The notes under the pieces are model-generated. The model ran no database searches and was not told where the DNA came from. It saw only the letters and a list, made by a program, of their open reading frames with translations. A DNA stretch of 64,000 nucleotides from Acidobacteriota bacterium (GTDB lineage: Bacteria > Acidobacteriota > Terriglobia > Acidiferrales > UBA7541), in the NCBI GenBank assembly GCA_013287135.1, contig JABDEK010000009.1, positions 8,462 through 72,461 of the forward strand, read 5' to 3'. This document shows positions 47,680 to 56,904 of the stretch, in pieces. The first letter of the stretch is position 1. Every line of letters begins with the position of its first letter. Position numbers and translations under genes: made by a program.

Positions 47680-50600
47680 CTACGGCCTCAACGCTTCCTC
47701 AACCGCTTTCTCCATGAGCATACTCCAACCTTCTAACCAAGCCATCGCGCTCGCGGTATTACTCAGCGCCTGCCGCGCAGGATCCAGAATAGTTTCCAGC
47801 TTAATCTGTTCCGCGGGAGTGAGCGGAGCGCCAATATTTTGCCGCAGTGCAGCCGCCGCTCCTGCCAGCCGCAAAGACCGTTCTGCTTGCAGTTCCGTCG
47901 CAGCCGAGCACGCGCAACACTCCAGCAGCCGTGCAACCCCGCGTTTGTGATCCAATTCTTGAAAAGTTTTCAGGCTTTCTCGGTACAGCGAATGCGCGGC
48001 GCCACAGTCACGCTCTTCCCTCGCCAAATTTCCGAGATCGGCGAGCGTCCCTGCGATGCCCCAACGGTCTCCAAGTTCACGAAAGATTTCCAGACTCTGT
48101 TCGTACAGTGCCCGCGCCGCTGTGGAGTCACCCTGTTCGCGGGCCACATCCCCCTGAGAATTTAGCGACCACGCCACACCAGTAAGGTCTTCCATACCTT
48201 GAAATATTGCCAGGCACTCCCCGTGCAAGCTGCGAGCATGTTCATATTGGCCTTGCAGCTTCAGCACGTTCGCCAGATTACTGAGGGCGCGAGCGATGGC
48301 CTGCAGGTCGCCCGATTCTCGCCACAGCGCCAGGCTCTCCTCAAACAAGGAATGCGCAACTGCAAGGTCACCTTGGTCCCGTGCATTCACTCCCATCGCA
48401 TTTAGGGAGACTGCGGCGCCGTGCTTATCGCCCAAATCACGCGCAATCTTCAGGCTTTCGCCGAATAGCGTATTTGCCCCAGCATAATTTCCCTGCTCGC
48501 AAGCAAGCACCCCTGCCGCAAAAAGCGCGCGTGCTCGGGCCTTCGTGGGAGCTGCGGCACTTTTCAGTTTTAAGAGCTTGCCCAGACTATCGCTGCCTTG
48601 GGCCAGATACTCGCGCGTCTCCCAAAAGCGAAATAGCGCCGCGCCCAGGCGCAGTCCCCATTCCGCCTCTCCCGTTTCCGCCAGCCAATCAAGCGCCGCG
48701 CGAAAATTATCGTGTTCGAGCGTGAATTGTTCCAGCCAGTCGCTTGCCTCTCCGCCGGCCTGCTCTGCAACCACTTCTTCGGCCAGCACCAGGCAGTAAG
48801 CCGCATGGGCGCGCTTTGTCAACGCCTCTTCCCCACCAGCGTCCAGTTTTTCTCGCGCATACTCTCGAATCGTCTCCAGCATCGCAAAACGCGGCTCGCC
48901 GTTTGCCTGCTCTACCTGTTGCAGCAAGCTCTTGTCCACCATGGATGACATACCATCGAGCAGGTCCAATTCAAGATCGCCTTTCGTGTCGCACACCGCC
49001 TGCACGCCTTCCAGTGTGCATCCGCCGACAAACACCGATAATCTCCGGAAAAGTTTTTGCTCCGCGGCGCTCAGCAAGTCGTAGCTCCAGTCGATAGCGG
49101 CTCTAAGCGTTTGCTGCCGTTGGGGCAGATCGCGCGCGCCGCCGGTTAGCAACTGTAGCCGGCTCGCCAGCCGCGTCTGCATCGCAGAAAGCGAAAGAAC
49201 TTTTACCCTCGCCGCCGCGAGTTCGATCGCCAGAGGAAGGCCATCCAACCTGGCGCAAATTTCGGTGACAGCTCGGGCGTTTTCCGCGTTCAGTTCAAAG
49301 CCGGGCTTGGCCGCCGCGGCGCGTTGAATGAATAACGCCACCGCCGGATACTTTGACAACATTTCAAGCGAAGGCGCAGACTTCGAATCCGGCAGCGCAA
49401 GCGGCGGCACTGGAAATTCATGTTCGCCGTAAACGTGCAGCGCCGCGCGACTCGTCACCAAAATTTTGAGATGGGGAGCGCTAGCGAGAAGTTCCGCAAC
49501 GACGGGTGCCGCAGGCATCAGGTGTTCGAAATTGTCCAACACTAGCAGCGTTGGCGCACGCAACGATTCCGTCAGATTCCTTTTGAGTATCTCGAGCGCT
49601 GACTGGCCTCCGGCCTCGCGTATTCCCAATGTTTGCACAATCGCAGAAGGCATCAAGCCTGGATCGCTTACCGGAGAGAGCGGAACAAAATGAGCACCGC
49701 CCGGGAAGTTTTCGACTAGCCCGCCAGCTACCTCTAGCGCGAGACGCGTTTTTCCTATCCCGCCAGGACCGGTGACCGTAACCAGCCGCACATCCGGCCG
49801 CAGCAAGAGTTCTTTGGCCGTCGCGACTTCCCTCTCCCGCCCCACAAACCGCGTTCGCTGCACCGGAATATTTGTTGGGCGCGGCTCGGCCTGCTTAATC
49901 TGTTTCTCGGAAAAGCGCTCGCGTATGGCCGCAAGTTCGCGAGCGAGATCTTCTGTAGAGGCGTAGCGCTTATCCGGCTCTTTCTCCAGACACCTCTCGA
50001 TGGCCCAACACAGCGGCGCAGGCGCATCGGGATTCTGTATTCCGATCGGTTCTACTTGTTCGCGCAGAATGGCCACCATCGTTTCCGCCACCGTATTTCG
50101 TTTAAAAGCTTTCTTTCCGCTCACCATCTCGTAGAGCACCAACCCGAACGAGAACTGGTCCGAGCGAAAATCGATCGGCCCGCCGCTGGCCTGCTCCGGC
50201 GACATGTATTGCACCGTTCCCACCACGCCACCTGCCTGGGTCTCCCATCCGGACGTAGTCCGCGTCCCCGTCATTTCTCCGCCTGTCAACGCCAGCTTCG
50301 CCAAGCCAAAATCCAGTATTTTTACGAATCCATTCTGAGAGAGCATCAGGTTCTCAGGCTTCAAGTCTCTGTGCGCAATACCCGCTTCATGCGCCTTAGC
50401 AAGGCCCTCAGCAACTTGCGCCGCGATCTCAATCGCTTTTCGAATCGGGAGCGAACCGCCCCCGAGGAGATCGCGCAAAGTCTTCCCCTCAATCATCTCC
50501 ATTGCAATGTAGTGAGTGGACCCGTCCTGTCCGAGATCGTAGATGGTGACAATGTTGGGATGATTGAGGGCCGATGCCGAGCGCGCTTCACGCTCGAACC

Positions 50601-50766
50601 GGTGTAAGTGATCTTTGTCAGCGGCGAATTGAGTGGGCAGAATCTTGATTGCAACAACGCGGCCTAGCCTGGAATCCTTCGCCTGGTAGACCTCTCCCAT
50701 CCCGCCCACACCCAGCAGTGCCAGGATTTCGTATGGGCCGAGGTGAGCACCGGGAGCAAGAGGCAT
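47680..50766 (-). CDS. Ser/Thr protein kinase fused to an NB-ARC/AAA16-type STAND NTPase and a TPR array
   Basis: 1028 aa from the ATG at 50766.
- Kinase: GVGGMGEVY, VAIKIL, HRDLKPENL, DFGLAK, MSPEQ.
- NTPase: Walker A VTGPGGIGKTRLA, Walker B LLVLDNFEH, VTSR.
- Winged-helix-like segment: LFRRLSVFVGGCTLE.
- At least 8 TPR-like repeats (LSNLANVLKLQGQYEHARSLHGECLAIF and others). Confidence 0.9.
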   Translation of the reverse strand: MPLAPGAHLGPYEILALLGVGGMGEVYQAKDSRLGRVVAIKILPTQFAADKDHLHRFEREARSASALNHPNIVTIYDLGQDGSTHYIAMEMIEGKTLRDLLGGGSLPIRKAIEIAAQVAEGLAKAHEAGIAHRDLKPENLMLSQNGFVKILDFGLAKLALTGGEMTGTRTTSGWETQAGGVVGTVQYMSPEQASGGPIDFRSDQFSFGLVLYEMVSGKKAFKRNTVAETMVAILREQVEPIGIQNPDAPAPLCWAIERCLEKEPDKRYASTEDLARELAAIRERFSEKQIKQAEPRPTNIPVQRTRFVGREREVATAKELLLRPDVRLVTVTGPGGIGKTRLALEVAGGLVENFPGGAHFVPLSPVSDPGLMPSAIVQTLGIREAGGQSALEILKRNLTESLRAPTLLVLDNFEHLMPAAPVVAELLASAPHLKILVTSRAALHVYGEHEFPVPPLALPDSKSAPSLEMLSKYPAVALFIQRAAAAKPGFELNAENARAVTEICARLDGLPLAIELAAARVKVLSLSAMQTRLASRLQLLTGGARDLPQRQQTLRAAIDWSYDLLSAAEQKLFRRLSVFVGGCTLEGVQAVCDTKGDLELDLLDGMSSMVDKSLLQQVEQANGEPRFAMLETIREYAREKLDAGGEEALTKRAHAAYCLVLAEEVVAEQAGGEASDWLEQFTLEHDNFRAALDWLAETGEAEWGLRLGAALFRFWETREYLAQGSDSLGKLLKLKSAAAPTKARARALFAAGVLACEQGNYAGANTLFGESLKIARDLGDKHGAAVSLNAMGVNARDQGDLAVAHSLFEESLALWRESGDLQAIARALSNLANVLKLQGQYEHARSLHGECLAIFQGMEDLTGVAWSLNSQGDVAREQGDSTAARALYEQSLEIFRELGDRWGIAGTLADLGNLAREERDCGAAHSLYRESLKTFQELDHKRGVARLLECCACSAATELQAERSLRLAGAAAALRQNIGAPLTPAEQIKLETILDPARQALSNTASAMAWLEGWSMLMEKAVEEALRP

Positions 50767-50883
50767 GGCCGGCCGGATTATAACCTCACTAGCTAGACCA
50801 TTGGAACGCCTGTAGATTAACGCTTGGGCATCCTTCCTCCACAGCAATCCGTTTATTTGCAGTTATTCGAATACACTCTCCTA

Positions 50884-51474
50884 ATGGTTGAGCGCGACTC
50901 CGACCGTGAAAGTCTTGCGCACGCGTACCGTGTACTCGATATACCGTGGGACGCATCGCCGCGCGGGATTAAAGCAAGCTACTACAAGCTGGTGCAGCGA
51001 TGGCATCCTGACCACCATTCCACCGGCACCGATGGCCACGCGGATTACACTCTGATGACGAAGCTTCTGAACGAGTCTTACGCTCTCATCAAAACGGCTC
51101 CACTTCAAAATGCCGGCAAAGAGGCCGATCCTTCCAACTCTTCGCGCACCGAGTACATTCCCCGAGATCCAGTCCAAAACGTCGCGGACTATTACCGCAT
51201 TCTTGAAAAGGCACGCGCGGCTGGCGCACTAGACGATGCCGCACGGCCTTTCGACCGGTTCGGATTCGCAGTCCGCTTCGTTGTCGGCGCTCTTTTTGGC
51301 GCCCTTCTAAGTTTCAGGGTAATAATTTATTTGTCTCAAGAAAAAAGCCAGTTCGTCGCTCTCGGTGTTGTCGGCACGATTCTCTTTTGCGCTCTCGCGT
51401 CCGGACTTGGTGGCGACGCGTTCTGGCGCGCCATCCGTCCCTACGGGGTGTGGTGGTGGAACCGTTGGGATTAA
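50884..51474 (+). CDS. J-domain (DnaJ-like) protein with a C-terminal two-helix membrane anchor
   Basis: 196 aa. J-domain AYRVLDIPWDASPRGIKASYYKLVQRWHPDHH with an intact HPD motif. C-terminal TM helices FAVRFVVGALFGALLSFRVIIYL and FVALGVVGTILFCALASGLG. No obvious SD, so the start is uncertain. Confidence 0.7.
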   Translation: MVERDSDRESLAHAYRVLDIPWDASPRGIKASYYKLVQRWHPDHHSTGTDGHADYTLMTKLLNESYALIKTAPLQNAGKEADPSNSSRTEYIPRDPVQNVADYYRILEKARAAGALDDAARPFDRFGFAVRFVVGALFGALLSFRVIIYLSQEKSQFVALGVVGTILFCALASGLGGDAFWRAIRPYGVWWWNRWD

Positions 51475-51593
51475 CCTGATCGGTAAGCGCAACCAAGGGA
51501 CCAACTCTTTCTAACGACATAAAATGAAGCGAAGGGACGGGCTCCTCCTAGTTTCGTCCGCACCTCAAGCGACAACAACCGTAGTGTTCCTAT

Positions 51594-52324
51594 GTGGAGC
51601 ATGCCTACAACTTTAAGAGAACTCAGGCCGCTACTACGCGTTATGCGCTGCTGGCGGTCATTGCGATTTACGCAATCACCCAAGTTCGAAAGCCTTCGAA
51701 ATGGGCGGGCCGACCTTTTCTGTGGCTCATGAACAACTCTCATTCCAATCTGACCGACTGGGGTTGCGGCACGTTCAGATCGAAAAGAACTTTACAATTC
51801 TGGATGTCGGTTGTGGCGGTGGCAGGACGATTCAAAAGCGTGGCGGCGGCTGCCGCGCAAGGCAAGGTGTATGGCGTGGATTATGCCGGCGGGAGTGAAC
51901 TCAGTATTGCTGGCCAAATCTGGTGAAAGACATGCAGGAAGTATTACGAGTCCTGAAGCCGAGCGGAAGGTTACTTATCATTTTGGAGAGCTACAAAAAG
52001 GGAGCACATCCAGACTGGAAAGGGATGGCGATGAAGCTTCTGAGATCCGCATCTCTGAGTGCAAATGACCTCATGCTGATCGCGCGCAGCGCGAATCGCC
52101 GAAAAGAGGGCCTTCGGCCCGCGAAACCCTATGAAAATGGCTCTGGGCTACCGGATCGAACTACCGAATCCGCAAGCCAGCCAAGCACAGACGTCGTTAT
52201 TTTCGACTCTGGTAAACGCTGGAACTTTGCTCGCCTTGAGTGTAAATTCCTTTTACGTATAAAAAGGGGCCAAGATCCTGAATTGCTAGAGCGACCGGTA
52301 CAACAGCGAATATGCAATTCGTAG
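51594..52324 (+). pseudogene. decayed class I SAM-dependent methyltransferase
   Basis: - The N-terminus RKPSKWAGRPFLWLMNNSHSNLTDWG is in frame A.
- SAM motif I LRHVQIEKNFTILDVGCGGGRTIQK is in frame B, needing a 1-nt indel in the G-run near 51760-51763.
- The reading returns to frame A for AAAAAQGKVYGVDYA.
- The central ~90 residues are missing.
- DMQEVLRVLKPSGRLLIILESYKKG follows in a third frame, after a TGA at 51924. Confidence 0.55.
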
Positions 52325-53607
52325 GCAAGCTAACGGAAGCCGGTCTCAGCGAGGTGCAAAAAACCGCTCGCTCAAGGACGTATTGGCCTGCGTTGAGCCT
52401 TGGAGCCATACCCAAACTCCTGATTCACGCAGTAGCTGTACTCATCGCTTTGGCCAGTACCGCTACGGTATTGCTCGTAGCTGTGCCCTCGATCGGATGT
52501 TATCTGGTGCTCCGGCTTCTCGGTAAGATTCGCCCGTTGCACAACGCGTATCAATTTCTCTCTCGCACGTACGACCGGTTCATCGATCGCCTCGGCCAGA
52601 AAGTTCTGCGCGACCCCCGCGACACGCCCGCATTACGACTCATGGTTTCCCTGAGCTTAAGCGCACTGCCAATTTTCGTGATCCAACTCTTTTTAGGGAA
52701 ACCCCGACTCCTGCTCGCGCTCGCTTTCTATCTTTCTCTATACGGTCTCAAGTTTCAGCGCTTTGTCAGAATGTTCAGCGCCAAACATTTGGAGGCGCAC
52801 CGGCCCCAAGGCTACTTCTCGGACAAATACGATAAGGTTTTCGGTCGCTACGTAGAATTCTTCCTCGGATATTTGTATGGCAACGTTCCGGAACTCGATC
52901 GCACCGTTCATGTCCGTTTGCATCATAAAGAGAACGGCGGACCGGACGACACTGTCACGTCCACTGCCTACGATCGAACGAACCCACTCCATTTCCTTTG
53001 GTATCTTTCCGACAATATTTGGACCGCCCTCGGATTTGCTCCCTACGCTTACTTTAAATCGAAGGGCGATGATAAGAATTGGCGACGAATGTTATGGGGA
53101 ATGGCGCGATACTACCTCTTCTTCGCGGCCGTTTTTATCTACGATTGGAGAATTGGAATCGTTTATGTTTTGGTTCCTCTTCTCTGCATGAACTTCATCA
53201 TGGCCCTCACCGCCTGGGTGCAGCACGCCTTCTGCGACCCGGAACATCCCGAAGATTATTTTGCAAACACGGTGACCGTCTGTGACGAGGTGAACTTCAT
53301 GAACGAAGGCTACCACCTCTGCCATCACCACCGTTCCAGCCTTCACTGGACCGAGATGCCTGCTCATCTTGAGCGCATTCGCGACAAGATGAGGGAGTCC
53401 GGCTCGCTTGTTTTCCGCGATTTGGACTTTATGGAGCTTTTCTTCGAGTTGACTGTCCTTCGCCGAATGAACGTTCTCGCGGATAAACTTGTCCCCTGGG
53501 AGCCCATGAGTCACGAAGAAAAGGTAGCTTTGCTGGCAAGCAGGACCAAGCCCGCGAGAGTAGCGGCACTCGCACTACCGCAAGCTTCAAACCTGCCCAT
53601 CTTGTAA
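52312..53607 (+). CDS. membrane fatty-acid-desaturase-family di-iron protein
   Basis: 431 aa with multiple TM helices. Histidine boxes AKHLEAHR, HVRLHHKENG and GYHLCHHHRSSLHW are in the order expected for the FA_desaturase family. G+C is visibly lower than in the flanks. Confidence 0.7.
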   Translation: MQFVGKLTEAGLSEVQKTARSRTYWPALSLGAIPKLLIHAVAVLIALASTATVLLVAVPSIGCYLVLRLLGKIRPLHNAYQFLSRTYDRFIDRLGQKVLRDPRDTPALRLMVSLSLSALPIFVIQLFLGKPRLLLALAFYLSLYGLKFQRFVRMFSAKHLEAHRPQGYFSDKYDKVFGRYVEFFLGYLYGNVPELDRTVHVRLHHKENGGPDDTVTSTAYDRTNPLHFLWYLSDNIWTALGFAPYAYFKSKGDDKNWRRMLWGMARYYLFFAAVFIYDWRIGIVYVLVPLLCMNFIMALTAWVQHAFCDPEHPEDYFANTVTVCDEVNFMNEGYHLCHHHRSSLHWTEMPAHLERIRDKMRESGSLVFRDLDFMELFFELTVLRRMNVLADKLVPWEPMSHEEKVALLASRTKPARVAALALPQASNLPIL

Positions 53608-53822
53608 GGGTGACCGGTTATTGCAGAGCATGGACGATTTGCGGAACTCTCCTCGTTTCCAAGACTTGCTAAACGCGCGTCGGCCTTCCTGCCACAGCGG
53701 ACGCTATCCCCACCTGAAAGAAACCGGTTAGGAGAACGTTCACGCGGCAGTTTGGTTCAGACGCTCCGCGTTGCAGCCCCCCAACTCGTCTGCGATAATG
53801 ATTCGTTTCAATCGAGGCCGTC

Positions 53823-56648
53823 TTGACCCGCACTGACTGGACTGGCAACGAAGTCCGCCGAACATTTCTGAAATTCTTCGAAGAGCGCGGCCACCGCGTG
53901 GTGCGCAGCTCCCCGCTCGTACCCCACAACGATCCCACGCTGCTCTTCACCAATGCGGGCATGAACCAGTTCAAGGATGTCTTTCTCGGCCTCGAGCAGC
54001 GCGATTACAAACGCGCCACCACTTGCCAGAAGTGCGTGCGCGCAGGCGGAAAACATAACGACCTGGAAAATGTCGGCTTCACCAACCGCCATCAAACATT
54101 TTTCGAGATGCTCGGTAATTTTTCCTTCGGCGATTATTTCAAAAAGGAAGCCGTCGCCTACGCCTGGGAACTAATCACTTCTCCGAATTGGTTCAACCTT
54201 CCGCTGGAAGAGCTTTATTTCACGGTCTTCGGCGGCGCCCAAGTCTCCGGACAAAAGCTTCCTCCCGACCATGAAGCCGCGGGTTTGTGGACCGCTGTCG
54301 GCGCGCCCAAAGATCGCGTCGTCGAGGTTCCTGGGCTGAAAGAAAATTTCTGGGCCATGGGCGATACCGGCCCCTGCGGTCCTTGCACCGAAATTTTCTA
54401 CGACATGGGCCCCGCCGCTTCCGACCAAGGCCATGCGGACTGCAAGTTTCCCTGTGATTGCGGCCGCTATGTCGAAATCTGGAATCTGGTCTTCATGCAG
54501 TTCAATCGCGACGCATCCGGCAAACTCAATCCCCTTCCTAAGCCTTCCGTCGACACCGGAATGGGCCTGGAACGCATGACTGCCGTCTTGGAAGGCAAAA
54601 TCAGTACCTTCGACACTGACCTTTTTCAACCGATCATGCGGGAGGCTGCAAAGCTCGCGAATGTTGACCTAAACGAGCCGAAGATTCAGCCCTCTCTCCG
54701 AATTATTGCGGACCACTCCCGCGCCGCGACCTTCTTGATCGCTGACGGAGTGGTTCCCTCGAACGACGGCCGCGGTTACGTTCTACGAAAAATTATTCGT
54801 CGCGCGTTGCGCCACGCGCATGACCTTAGTGCGCCGGTTCCATTTCTCTCGATGATGTCGGCCACCGTTCGCAAAGAAATGAGTGACGCCTACCCTGAAC
54901 TCGAAGAGCACGGGCCACGCATTACTCGTATCCTCGACGAGGAAGAACATCGTTTCACGCGAACCGTAGACGTCGGGCTGGCCAAGCTGGAAGACGACAT
55001 AACGCTCACAGCGCTGGCTGGCGAACGTGGGGGACCAGGAGACACGCTAGACAGGAATGAGTCGTCACGCGCATCGCAACGCGCCGACCTATACGAACGG
55101 CTCGCCAAAGCTAAAGAAAGCGGAAAACCGTTGGTATATCCGGGCGAGAAAGCTTTCAAGCTTTACGACACGTACGGCCTTCCCCGAGATTTTATCGAAG
55201 ACGTGACGCGAGACATGAGCGTCCAAGTGGATTGGGCTGGATTTGACCGCGCTATGAAAGAGCAGCGCACTCGGGCCAAGGCGTCGTGGAAAGGCGTGCA
55301 CAAAGACGCCGCGAATCCCGTATACACTAAAATCGCGCAAACCTTTCGGACCGAGCCGGACTTTTACTTCGGCACGGACACGCGTGACTGCCGCGTCGAG
55401 GCCATCGTCACAAAAACGGGTCCGGTAAACGAAATCAAAAAAGGCACGGAGGCGGAAGTCGTCCTCGACCGCACATCCATCTATTCCGAATCCGGCGGGC
55501 AAGTCGCCGACACCGGCGGTTTCTTCGACAATTCCGAATCGCTCGAAGTCGCAGAAGTTCGCGGCGCATATTACCCCGTCACCGGGCTGATCGCACATCG
55601 CATCGTCGCGAAAGAAGATTTACATGTAGGCGATCGCATCGCCACGGTGGCCGACGCCGAGCGCCGCATCCGCAACATGCGCAATCACACCGCCACGCAC
55701 TTGCTGAATGCCGCGCTGCGCAACATTCTCGGCACCCATGTGAAGCAGGCCGGCTCGCTGGTCGCGCCCGATCACCTTCGTTTTGATTTTTCGCATTTCA
55801 CCGCCGTGGATCCCAGCGAGCTTTCCGAAATCGAGCAGCAAGTGAACGAAGAAATCTGGAAAGATCTGGAAACACGCACCGACATCATGAACATTGACGA
55901 CGCACTGGCTTCCGGTGCGCTGGCCTTCTTCGGCGACAAGTATCCCGAATCCAATGTGCGCGTGGTTAGCATCCCGGATGGCTCATCTCCCCGGGGCTTC
56001 TACAGCAAAGAACTCTGCGGTGGCACGCACGTGGGACGCACCGGAGCGATTGGCGTCTTCAAAATTCTCGGCGAGTCCTCCACCGCTGCCGGAATCCGCC
56101 GGATCGAAGCTATCTCCGGCGACCGCGCCCTTGCCGAGTATCAGAAATCGCTCTCAACTCTTCGCCGGGTTGCTGGCATGTTGAACTCCGGCGAGGACGA
56201 AGTGGTCGCCGCCTTGGAGCGCCAGTTCGAGACCGTTCGCCAACTTGAAAAGCAGCTGGTGGGCTTGAAACGCAAAGCGGCGGGTGGCATCGCCGAGTCC
56301 CTTCTGGAAGAAGTGAGCATCGTGAAGGAGGTTCGCTTTGTTGCCGCCAGAGTCGACGGTTTTGACCGCGAAGCCCTCCGCCAGCTCGTCGATACCCTGC
56401 GCCAAAAACTAGGCTCTGGGGTCGTGGTGCTGGCCTCTGCGGAAGACGGCAAAGTCGCTATAATCACGGGAGTTACGAAGGACCTCACCTCCCGCATCCA
56501 CGCCGGGAAAGTTGTCCAGGAACTGGCCAAGTTTGTTGGCGGTTCCGGCGGAGGCCGTCCCGATTTGGCAGAGGCTGGCGGAAAAGACACATCCGGCATA
56601 GAAAACGCCCTCGGCCAGGTATACCCCCTCCTGGACCGCTTGTTATAA
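53823..56648 (+). CDS. alaS: alanine--tRNA ligase
   Basis: 941 aa with a TTG start. FLKFFEERGHRVVRSSPLVPHNDPTLLFTNAGMNQFK, FEMLGNFSFGDYFK, the editing-domain HTATHLL...H motif, and a C-terminal DHHA1-like GGGGRPDLAEAGG. Confidence 0.97.
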   Translation: MTRTDWTGNEVRRTFLKFFEERGHRVVRSSPLVPHNDPTLLFTNAGMNQFKDVFLGLEQRDYKRATTCQKCVRAGGKHNDLENVGFTNRHQTFFEMLGNFSFGDYFKKEAVAYAWELITSPNWFNLPLEELYFTVFGGAQVSGQKLPPDHEAAGLWTAVGAPKDRVVEVPGLKENFWAMGDTGPCGPCTEIFYDMGPAASDQGHADCKFPCDCGRYVEIWNLVFMQFNRDASGKLNPLPKPSVDTGMGLERMTAVLEGKISTFDTDLFQPIMREAAKLANVDLNEPKIQPSLRIIADHSRAATFLIADGVVPSNDGRGYVLRKIIRRALRHAHDLSAPVPFLSMMSATVRKEMSDAYPELEEHGPRITRILDEEEHRFTRTVDVGLAKLEDDITLTALAGERGGPGDTLDRNESSRASQRADLYERLAKAKESGKPLVYPGEKAFKLYDTYGLPRDFIEDVTRDMSVQVDWAGFDRAMKEQRTRAKASWKGVHKDAANPVYTKIAQTFRTEPDFYFGTDTRDCRVEAIVTKTGPVNEIKKGTEAEVVLDRTSIYSESGGQVADTGGFFDNSESLEVAEVRGAYYPVTGLIAHRIVAKEDLHVGDRIATVADAERRIRNMRNHTATHLLNAALRNILGTHVKQAGSLVAPDHLRFDFSHFTAVDPSELSEIEQQVNEEIWKDLETRTDIMNIDDALASGALAFFGDKYPESNVRVVSIPDGSSPRGFYSKELCGGTHVGRTGAIGVFKILGESSTAAGIRRIEAISGDRALAEYQKSLSTLRRVAGMLNSGEDEVVAALERQFETVRQLEKQLVGLKRKAAGGIAESLLEEVSIVKEVRFVAARVDGFDREALRQLVDTLRQKLGSGVVVLASAEDGKVAIITGVTKDLTSRIHAGKVVQELAKFVGGSGGGRPDLAEAGGKDTSGIENALGQVYPLLDRLL

Positions 56649-56904
56649 TTCCAACCGTGCCAGAGCTTTATGCCCGCATGGGGCTTCCTTTTCTCCGCGG
56701 GCAGTTCTGCAAGGCCGAGAATTTGTGTCCAAAATTTGACTCGCAGGCAGGTCGGTTGCGAGTATTCGTTGAGTCGCTTTGTTCGCCGGATTTGATAGTG
56801 TTTTGGTTCGACCGATGATTCCGCCTTCCCCTGGGAAAGTTGCAGTCGGGCTTTTGAGTTAGCAAGCGTTCGGTACTCGCAAAGCGTTTAGCGCACGAGG
56901 GACC

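Noticed and set aside
56739-56763. Hairpin ACTCGCA-N11-TGCGAGT about 90 nt downstream of alaS
   Set aside because: It has a 7-bp stem but a large loop and only a weak T-rich tail (ATTCGTT). It is a possible terminator, but not convincing.
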